DNA of 64,000 nt from Candidatus Iainarchaeum sp. GTDB lineage: Archaea > Iainarchaeota > Iainarchaeia > Iainarchaeales > JAAZKV01. Below are positions 55,101 to 61,905 of the stretch, in pieces. The translations under genes were made by a program, and so were the position numbers. The notes beneath the pieces are model-generated. The model ran no database searches. It was not told the origin of the DNA and saw only the letters and a list, made by a program, of their open reading frames with translations. The stretch spans positions 96,001 to 160,000 of the forward strand of contig JAPLVR010000003.1 of NCBI GenBank assembly GCA_026397015.1. The letters are read 5' to 3'. Position 1 is the first letter of the stretch, and each line of letters starts with the position of its first letter.

Positions 55101-58100
55101 TTTGGGCGCGAACACGAAAGTGCTTTTCACCGCGGAAAAATCTGGAATGGTTTCTGGAACAAAAGAAATAATTATAAGCGCACCTTATTCCCCAATTCCG
55201 GGTGAACCGGTAGAGCCGGAGTGCCTTGCGATAAGCGCGGACGCAAACAAGGCGCTGAACATAAGCATCAACGGAACGGGAACATTCGGTTTAACTTCAA
55301 CATGCACGGAAGCGCGGAGAATTTATCTTCAGACTGATTTGCCGGTGAGCAAAAAAATAGTCGACCTTGCGCCCGGAGGAAGCGAAACAATAAAGGTAAC
55401 TGCGGCGCCGCGCGACGGACTGCTCGGGATTTATCCCGTACAAGTGTTGGCAATAAAGGGGGCCAAATACAGGCAGCTCGGAATAGTGGATGTTGTGATA
55501 AACGATCCGAATTCCTGCTTCGAGATTTCCAAAACGGCTTTTGATTTCAAAAATGAGGATACCGTTTCAGGAACGATAACAAACAAATGTTTTGCGGGAA
55601 GAAAAGACAATTTTAATCCGCAGATGAATGTTCAGACGAACAGCGTTTCGCTCGAATATGACAAGCCGGGAATACCTGAAAAAATCACTTCAAAAGTGAG
55701 TGTCATGGGAATGGCGCCCGAAGGTTATTTTAGCGGACTTATGAAATCAAATATTCATTTCGCCGCGGACATTGAGTGCGAAGGGGCAATTGATATTCCT
55801 GAAACACCTGAAGCTGCGCTGGAAGGGCCGATGGAAGAAGCTGCGGGCACATGCGAAGGACAGGCGCAAAAAATGAATGAGTTGAGAAATAAGAAGACAC
55901 CAAAACCCGAACCAGATTTGAACGAAACAAAAGTCACACCTGACAAGGTTTTGCAGCCTTCAGAAGTAAAATCAATCACCGGCCCAGCTTCGGAAATAAT
56001 CCCATCGACCCCTGCAGCTGCAAAAACAAGTTCGGGAGGATTTGCCCCGCCAAGCGAAATCTCGAAAATCAAAAAATTAAGTTTCCAGGAAGAGGGAGGA
56101 GATGGCGAGGGAGAAGGAGAAGGGATGCCTTCAGAAGAAGGGGAGGGAGGAGCGCCTACCGAGGGAGAAGGGCCTCCTGAAGGATCGGAAAGCTGCGCTG
56201 TTATTCCAAGCGGAAGCACGGTTGATTACATTTATTCATGGTATACTGACCCTTACTGCGGCGGAGGATACGGTGCGTTCCGCCCGAAAGAACCGGATGG
56301 AGATGAATTTGGTTCCGGCCCATGGTGGAAATTAAGGGGGGAAGGGATAGAAGGATCAACAGCGGTATATGAAGTTTTGGAGGCAGGTGGCCCAGATACA
56401 ACACATGAAGTAGCCATAGCAGAGAGATTCGGAGAAGGCGGTGCTGGAATGTACTACCAATTATTGGTTCAAAGCGAAGGATCCGGAGGGTGGGGGAGCA
56501 GCTTCTGTCATGGCGCGTACTTAAAAATACAAAACGACTGGTTCTCAATGTATGAAAATATTTCCGGAAGATACAATACTGTAACAAAAGAATTCACTCT
56601 TGTTCCGATTGAAGGAAAGGCATATCCTTTGGGGTCGTATAGCGAGGCGACGCCAATGCCTGCATGGATGGGGGACATGAAACCTTATGAGCATTCACAA
56701 GGGGATTCATGGACACTCAGCGAAAACGCCGGCAGTTCGCTTTACACCCTCGTCTGCGGATTTGGTGAAGGATTCTTAGACCCGGAATATGCCGCCAGCG
56801 TAACAAAGTCGGATGCGGATAAAACACCAAACATTCTTACAAGAGTTTGGTTTGTGTTTGATGCAAATCATCCTCACGTTGAATTTGATTCATCCGGAAA
56901 AATACAATATTTCCTTTACACCGAAGAAATGATGAAATATGGGGAAGCATATATTAAAAGCCTTGTAAATTACAACGGGATTCCTCCGGAGCCGGACAAA
57001 GACGGCTTGAGGTACTTCCTCAAAAATCACCAAATATGGGCGGAGTATGTTGGAAAGCCGACCATTGCAAGCAACGTAATCAATTTTTCACTCACAAACA
57101 ACAATCTGCTCGGAGATGAATACTCTATTCTCACTGTGAAGGACTGGATAAACGGAACGGAAAAAGAAAAGAAGGCGTTCCAAATAAAACTTTCAGGAAA
57201 CCCTTCGAGCTGTTATTCGAGCGACGGCACAATCGGCGCAACGGGAAAAGGATTTTCGCCAAAACTTTTATTTGACTGGGATTGGGCGAATATTCCTGAA
57301 AACCAATGCGATTCTTCAAATGAAGATTACACCTATTGCGACGGAACGCAATTTACAACAGCGCTCTTCAAAAAACTTTACAAGATAGACGAGTACACTA
57401 CAAAAGGAAAAATCGAGGAGCTGCCGACAATAACGGCGTTCTATTCATACCTAATAAAGGACAACTACACAAAAGAATTCTTGGGCGATTTCAGCGAATA
57501 CTATTCGAACACGCTCGCAAACGCGGACACGAAATTTACCGGCACTTACAACAAGTTCATAACACAAAACAAAATAAAATTCACACTTGACGACAGCGGC
57601 GGACCGGGCAGCGCCTGTGAAGAAAGCGCAACCGGAATTCCCGAAACAATAAATATTCTGCCAGGAAGCCCCGCCACACAATTTTTCGCCCTGCCAAACG
57701 AAGTAAGCCACGCGAACATCGTAAAATTCAAGGCAACGGACAACGAAAAGTGCGCAACAGCAGAAATAAGGCTCGGGGGAAGCGGCGAATGGATTGATTT
57801 GGGCGATGTTGGAACGCCTGCGGCTGAAAAAGAATTCAACTTGGGAAAAGACTACGGGCCAGTAAGGGCAGTAGAAGTGAGGGTAAAGGAAAAAGAAAGC
57901 GAGCCGTCCTGCGGAACGGAAAGCGTTGCAATTGAATCAATAAAGGTCGGAGGAAACTGTGCAAGCGGCGGACAGGAAGGAGGCAATCTTCCAAGCGGCG
58001 GCCTTTACAGAATAACAATCGATTACAATTTGCTGGACCCGAGTTTGAGAAGCCTGCTTGATAAGGGCGAGCCGAACGCATCAATAAATGTGAAATTCAA

Positions 58101-58947
58101 ATTAATCCAGCCCGCGCCGAACTACAATCCGTTCTATGAAACGCCGTTTGACGGGGAAGTCGGAAAAAAGAACGACCAATTTGTGAGGCACAACTACGGG
58201 GTAAGCGTGGACAGCCCCGGCACGGAAACCCTGAAATTGAATTCGAATGTGAGTTCGGCAAAATACTCCGGAGCGATGGACACAATAACACATACAACCA
58301 CAAAAGACCTTGCAAAGCTTGACAAGCAAATAATCCTTACTTACAACAAAGAAAAGAAAACACTTGAATTTAATCCAGCACAGCCAACCCCGGTAATATT
58401 TGAAATAAAAGCCGATGCCGACAGGGTAGATGCGCAATACACGCTGAGCGGAAGCATAAGCGGAACGCTGCCTTCAAAAAAATGGAGAATGGTTTATTCC
58501 AACATAGGGAAGAAAGAATGCTACGACTTTTCAGACCAGCACAAAGTGGTTTTCAACGACAGGGAAATTGCGCCGAACAAAAGGGGGCTGGCATGGGATG
58601 TCAGGAAAAAAGGGACAATCGGACTCGGAACGACCTTCTTTACGCCGAAAGCAACCGACATAAGAATAGCGCCTATTCCGGGAAGAGGGGGAAAAATAAT
58701 AGGGTTTGAACAGCTAACAAATGCGGATGCAATAACACTGAATTACTTTGATGCGGCGGCTACAACAGAATATGATTCGCTGGAAAAGCTGTTCAAAATG
58801 ATTGACAACAAACAGGTTTGCGTTTCAACCGGCTCAAGCTCCGAAGTGAAAATATGGTGGAACCCCGAATACCTTGACGGACTGGCTTCGCAAATCAACG
58901 CCGGCACAGGATACACATGCAACCAAGAACAAGCCGGTGCAAAATAA
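52162..58947 (+). CDS. Giant membrane-anchored surface protein, paralog 5 (2261 aa)
   Basis: MGIYSGLEGKWYDTVD..IDKIDSIVPSF plus TM; beta-sandwich repeats; PKLLFDWDW..YCDGTQF, FDGEVG..RHNYG, QVCV..IWWN. Confidence 0.9.
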   Translation: MGIYSGLEGKWYDTVDSLGLGGIIDKIDSIVPSFMLFIGIILILVIFLITTLITSGPRNFDAEILVTSSDGGKPIGGAEITLSAECLEKQGLTNSGSTDNEGKLTLTICNSDLFSVSVAKTGYQTYSDKIAIMESTQVPITLEETITPKEFNARIVDESDKIIKNAKLQMICVNDPKNKLDLPEKAGGTQPADGFTFTLISNCSEIQLNASAQGYIDEKGKEVSTKTVSQSDERWAFKMKKNVATGNVTFEVQMDNEPAEGVDITLSTEERSAIKMITDESGAATTSQPIQAGDYSYVAIAKNGAVDSNSFTLGANENKTIKIFMKKPKDKSKIKQLYLKISDEAGNAVSSAKYSLFKMPDGNLFIEENSNANGLVQRTIPDGNYFVAVKKIGYQTAIVEVALKNDGEEPQQILLSQGGATIKTHVIDETKAGIKGANITLRIAGFSGVLEKVLSDSNGTYEFRGLPPGDYTIKVSTESAQGEGTVSVATNQSKEITISLTISEGKIAFNLSGADGTKINANYQLYVRNGASGNFVKQSEGVTTKNVFDTGMLKYGTEVKAIVGGGTYIPYETMVYKIQKTTATSPVNIFIELRTLSGLPNPNNVQMFLTDIYETSPLAGGKSKPASVDKILAGKNYHMLFDLVLLDGNDTTTITNFFVGPKDQAGLLTKNPFIINGAYSIEGAVTVLSNVHEAFEIPNNQNIVDTGAKQGNVLLGKKSGPITIPVVLVVQTDLNAEGKEKIFYEAKFGDRQSLQYSKEFEFGKKFCTKNCPAFLISSYLKTGGGNYEPISDSNKPILYIGESYKLKTIVENLLEEDIGTPNLIVESKTKTGNEYAIVFPVGGDSNSDSNAAVASITLAPLSTSTPAEFNVKPNKTSSSAKVDEYLSKLVDGVNALKKYDGSSVSMSVQVKEKSGIEISISPERIDSGEEYPLFVVKAKGTTTKKGVPASIYYSVEGGGMIYMGTADENGLLISEFSAVNLGANTKVLFTAEKSGMVSGTKEIIISAPYSPIPGEPVEPECLAISADANKALNISINGTGTFGLTSTCTEARRIYLQTDLPVSKKIVDLAPGGSETIKVTAAPRDGLLGIYPVQVLAIKGAKYRQLGIVDVVINDPNSCFEISKTAFDFKNEDTVSGTITNKCFAGRKDNFNPQMNVQTNSVSLEYDKPGIPEKITSKVSVMGMAPEGYFSGLMKSNIHFAADIECEGAIDIPETPEAALEGPMEEAAGTCEGQAQKMNELRNKKTPKPEPDLNETKVTPDKVLQPSEVKSITGPASEIIPSTPAAAKTSSGGFAPPSEISKIKKLSFQEEGGDGEGEGEGMPSEEGEGGAPTEGEGPPEGSESCAVIPSGSTVDYIYSWYTDPYCGGGYGAFRPKEPDGDEFGSGPWWKLRGEGIEGSTAVYEVLEAGGPDTTHEVAIAERFGEGGAGMYYQLLVQSEGSGGWGSSFCHGAYLKIQNDWFSMYENISGRYNTVTKEFTLVPIEGKAYPLGSYSEATPMPAWMGDMKPYEHSQGDSWTLSENAGSSLYTLVCGFGEGFLDPEYAASVTKSDADKTPNILTRVWFVFDANHPHVEFDSSGKIQYFLYTEEMMKYGEAYIKSLVNYNGIPPEPDKDGLRYFLKNHQIWAEYVGKPTIASNVINFSLTNNNLLGDEYSILTVKDWINGTEKEKKAFQIKLSGNPSSCYSSDGTIGATGKGFSPKLLFDWDWANIPENQCDSSNEDYTYCDGTQFTTALFKKLYKIDEYTTKGKIEELPTITAFYSYLIKDNYTKEFLGDFSEYYSNTLANADTKFTGTYNKFITQNKIKFTLDDSGGPGSACEESATGIPETINILPGSPATQFFALPNEVSHANIVKFKATDNEKCATAEIRLGGSGEWIDLGDVGTPAAEKEFNLGKDYGPVRAVEVRVKEKESEPSCGTESVAIESIKVGGNCASGGQEGGNLPSGGLYRITIDYNLLDPSLRSLLDKGEPNASINVKFKLIQPAPNYNPFYETPFDGEVGKKNDQFVRHNYGVSVDSPGTETLKLNSNVSSAKYSGAMDTITHTTTKDLAKLDKQIILTYNKEKKTLEFNPAQPTPVIFEIKADADRVDAQYTLSGSISGTLPSKKWRMVYSNIGKKECYDFSDQHKVVFNDREIAPNKRGLAWDVRKKGTIGLGTTFFTPKATDIRIAPIPGRGGKIIGFEQLTNADAITLNYFDAAATTEYDSLEKLFKMIDNKQVCVSTGSSSEVKIWWNPEYLDGLASQINAGTGYTCNQEQAGAK

Positions 58948-58982
58948 GACAGGCACTTTTTTACGGCACTGCCCTGGAAACC

Positions 58983-58991
58983 TTTAAAATA
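58983..58991 (+). promoter_or_regulatory. Putative TATA box of tRNA-Arg
   Basis: GGAAACC-TTTAAAATA about 35 nt upstream of the tRNA. Confidence 0.45.
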
Positions 58992-59024
58992 GCAAATCAA
59001 CACAAAAAATGCTGAAGAGCATTT

Positions 59025-59096
59025 GCTCCTATGGTGTAGTGGATAGCATATCAGCTTGCGGAGCTGGCGGCCCGTGTTCGACTCACGGTAGGAGCG
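59025..59096 (+). tRNA. tRNA-Arg(GCG)
   Basis: GCTCCTA/TAGGAGC acceptor, TCAGC-TTGCGGA-GCTGG anticodon arm, GTTCGACTC. Confidence 0.92.
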
Positions 59097-59255
59097 TGGC
59101 CTTTTTAATAAAAAGGCCAGCGAAAAAAATATTAGCAAAAAAGTCTATCTTCACTGAAGCCTTTAATAAAGGCTTGCGAAAAATGCGACCTTCGGTCGCG
59201 TGCTCGATAGACTAAGCTTCGCAACAGCCTTTTTAAAAAAAAGACTGGCGAAAAA
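59097..59255. repeat. Three copies of the palindromic intergenic repeat (reverse orientation)
   Basis: ggcctttttaataaaaaggccagcgaaaa; agcctttaataaaggcttgcgaaaa; cagcctttttaaaaaaaagactggcgaaaa. Confidence 0.7.
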
Positions 59256-59322
59256 ATTAAAGGAAAACAATTAATGAAAAACAAGCACAATTAAAAACAT
59301 TAAAGGGAAAATATAGTTATCT

Positions 59323-59394
59323 GGCTGCGGTAGTCTATCGGTAGGACTCAGGGTTGTGGTCCCTGCGGGCTGGGTTCGACTCCCAGCCGCGGCC
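59323..59394 (+). tRNA. tRNA-His(GTG) with encoded G-1
   Basis: G-GCTGCGG/CCGCGGC-C acceptor, CAGGG-TTGTGGT-CCCTG anticodon arm, GTTCGACTC. Confidence 0.92.
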
Positions 59395-59431
59395 CTTAAA
59401 AAAAGTGTTGAGAATTAATTAAAGTGGTTTT

Positions 59432-60865
59432 ATGGAATTCCAAACAGTAAGAGGAATGAGGGATTTGATTGGGGAGGATGCGCTGCTCCAGCAAAGGATA
59501 GAGGACACTATCAGAAATGTTGCGGAGAAATACGGATACGCGCCGCTCTACACTCCTGCAGTGGAAAGTTTTGATTTATTTAAGGCAAAGGGAGGCCTTG
59601 GCGAAGAGATAAGAAACGAAATTTACTGCTTCAAGGATAAGGGCGAAAGGGAACTTGCGCTGCGCTTCGAGCTTACCGCTTCGCTTGCAAGAATAGCTGC
59701 AAGAAGCCAGCTGAAAATGCCTTTCAAAAGATACCAGATAGGGGAGGTTTACAGATACGACAGGCCGCAGGCGAAAAGATACAGGGCATTCACACAAGCG
59801 GACATCGATATCTTAGGGGTAAAGGGATTGAAAGCGGAACTGGAATTAATGCTAATAATAAGGGATATTTTTTCACAGCTGAATTTGAAGCCGAAAGTTG
59901 TTTTCAACAGCAGAAATTTGCTCCAGGAATTGCTTTCAATCTTCGGAAAAGGAAAAGAAGTCGAAGCGATGCGCATAATCGACAAAATGGAAAAAATCGG
60001 CGCCGAGGAAGTTAAGAAGGAACTGAAAAACATAGGAGTTTATGAAAAAATCGTTGACCTGATAAAATCAAACTCGATAGAAGAGGTTTCAAAAATAGGG
60101 GGCATGGGAAGCAGCACCGGACTGAAAGAAGTAAATGATTTCATTGAAATAATAAACGCAAACGGGCTTGATTTTGTGGAGCTCGATTTATCGCTCGCGA
60201 GAGGCTTGGATTATTATACGGGACTTGTTTTTGAGATAAAGGCAGGGGAAGGTCCCTCAATCGGCGGAGGCGGCCGATTTGACAAGCTAATCGAGGCATA
60301 CGGCGGCAATCCGACGCCGGCGGTTGGAATAGGGTTTGGAGTGAGCAGAATACTTGATTTCATGAAAGAAAAGGGTGAAAAAACCGAAGCCAAAGGCATC
60401 TTTTTGTTCGGTTTGGGGGTGCCATATGGCAAAGTCCTTTCTGTGGCACAAACCCTGAGGAACAGGGGAATAAACGTCGAAAACGACCTCTCTGAAAAAA
60501 GCATCTCGAAAAATCTTGAATGCGCACAGAAAAAAAGATATTCATTTGCGGGAATAATAGGAGAAAGGGAATTGAAAAAAAATGTAATTACACTGAAGAA
60601 CATTAATAACGGAAAACAAATATTGGTTTCGGTGGAAAAGGTTGAGGACATAAAAAAATTTATGAGTGAAACCTCAAAAATAAAGATGGAACCGAAAAAA
60701 CAGGATCAGAAAAAAATAATCGGAAGCGGGATAGCGAAAAAGGCCCAAGAAGTCGGCAAAGTATTCCAAAAAATCGGCGAAAAAAAGTTCATCCAAATCA
60801 GGAAAAACCCTCCTGAAGCGGCACTGCAAAAACAGGAAGCGCAAAAAAGCACCGAGAAAAAATAA
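59432..60865 (+). CDS. hisS: Histidine--tRNA ligase
   Basis: VRGMRD, LRFELTASLAR, YRYDRPQ, ARGLDYYTG, GGGRFD. Confidence 0.97.
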   Translation: MEFQTVRGMRDLIGEDALLQQRIEDTIRNVAEKYGYAPLYTPAVESFDLFKAKGGLGEEIRNEIYCFKDKGERELALRFELTASLARIAARSQLKMPFKRYQIGEVYRYDRPQAKRYRAFTQADIDILGVKGLKAELELMLIIRDIFSQLNLKPKVVFNSRNLLQELLSIFGKGKEVEAMRIIDKMEKIGAEEVKKELKNIGVYEKIVDLIKSNSIEEVSKIGGMGSSTGLKEVNDFIEIINANGLDFVELDLSLARGLDYYTGLVFEIKAGEGPSIGGGGRFDKLIEAYGGNPTPAVGIGFGVSRILDFMKEKGEKTEAKGIFLFGLGVPYGKVLSVAQTLRNRGINVENDLSEKSISKNLECAQKKRYSFAGIIGERELKKNVITLKNINNGKQILVSVEKVEDIKKFMSETSKIKMEPKKQDQKKIIGSGIAKKAQEVGKVFQKIGEKKFIQIRKNPPEAALQKQEAQKSTEKK

Positions 60866-60871
60866 AAAAAT

Positions 60872-60945
60872 GCTCCAGTAGCACAGCCAGTGGTTGCACG
60901 TCATTGGTAATGACGAGGTCGCGAGTGCAAATCTCGCCTGGAGCT
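60872..60945 (+). tRNA. tRNA-Thr(GGT)
   Basis: GCTCCAG/CTGGAGC acceptor, CGTCA-TTGGTAA-TGACG anticodon arm; atypical T-loop TGCAAAT. Confidence 0.85.
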
Positions 60946-61025
60946 TCAACCAAAACCTCAAACTGCTACATAAGCGGCGCATAGGAGGTTTTTTATTTTG
61001 CAAAAGAATTAGTGTGTTGGTATAA

Positions 61026-61697
61026 ATGATTCTTGACAACCATGTTGAAGTGCTCCTAGAAAAATACATTAAAAATAATTCCGTTGTTTCATTCGGCACC
61101 GGCCAGTTAAACGAGCTTTTCCTGAAAAAGCTCGCAATTTACGCCGAGAAAAATAACTTGAAAATAAAATTTGTGCCGACTTCGCACAGGCTAACGGAAC
61201 TCTGTTCAAAACTGAAAATCGAAACCGTGTCACTTGATGACAACGATATAGATGTCGCATTTGATTTTGTCAATATGGTTGATGAAGATTTCAATTACAT
61301 TTCAAATGAAACCACCTCGCTAATAAGGGACAAGATGATTGCACAGAACGCAGGCGAAATGATAGTTGTTTGCGAGGACAAAAACTTCGTGAAAAAACTA
61401 TGCGGAAAAATCTGCCTCGAAGTTAATCCTTTTGCAATCAACAAAACACTTTTGCAGATAATGAATCTTGGGGAGCCGAAACTCAGAGTGAATGGGGAAA
61501 AACCCGCATTAAGTGAAACGGGAAACTATTTCGTCGATATCGAATTGGACGATATTTACTCCCTTGACGATTTGGAATTTCAGGCGAAAAACATTCCCTG
61601 TGTCCTCGAAACCAGCGTTTTCATAGGGTATGCGGACAGGGTTGTTCTGCACGGCGACAAAGTAGTGGTAAAAAGCAGGATGACCAACAAAGAATGA
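61026..61697 (+). CDS. rpiA: Ribose-5-phosphate isomerase A-like protein with degenerate active site
   Basis: SFGTG, VPTS, LEVNPF, SETGNYFVD and IPCVLETSVF follow the RpiA layout, but DGADE and KGGG are replaced. Confidence 0.75.
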   Translation: MILDNHVEVLLEKYIKNNSVVSFGTGQLNELFLKKLAIYAEKNNLKIKFVPTSHRLTELCSKLKIETVSLDDNDIDVAFDFVNMVDEDFNYISNETTSLIRDKMIAQNAGEMIVVCEDKNFVKKLCGKICLEVNPFAINKTLLQIMNLGEPKLRVNGEKPALSETGNYFVDIELDDIYSLDDLEFQAKNIPCVLETSVFIGYADRVVLHGDKVVVKSRMTNKE

Positions 61698-61802
61698 GCC
61701 TTTTAAATTCTTTTCCCGGCAAGTTTTTCTAAAGGCCTGCGCAGCACGGCACATCGAGCAAAGCGAAGATGGGCCTTTTCGCCGGCCTTTGAAAAAGGCC
61801 GT

Positions 61803-61875
61803 GCCACTGTAGATTAGCAGCCAAATCGCCTGACTCATAATCAGGAGATCGGCGGTGCGAACCCGCCCAGTGGCA
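61803..61875 (+). tRNA. tRNA-Met(CAT), probably elongator
   Basis: GCCACTG/CAGTGGC acceptor, CCTGA-CTCATAA-TCAGG anticodon arm; T-loop TGCGAAC. Confidence 0.85.
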
Positions 61876-61905
61876 TTTTTATTTTTATAATTTGCAACCC
61901 CTTTT

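Noticed and set aside
2311-58709. Numerous 60-220 aa antisense or alternate-frame ORFs inside the giant genes
   Set aside because: Shadow ORFs with Ser/Phe/Pro-rich composition expected from the antisense of the real genes; no motifs.
2219-58947. Diversity-generating retroelement targeting the giant genes
   Set aside because: No reverse transcriptase and no near-identical TR/VR nucleotide pair seen in the window.
45191-61801. Palindromic repeats as CRISPR repeats or prophage att sites
   Set aside because: Irregular spacing, both orientations, no duplicated tRNA 3' end and no integrase in the window.
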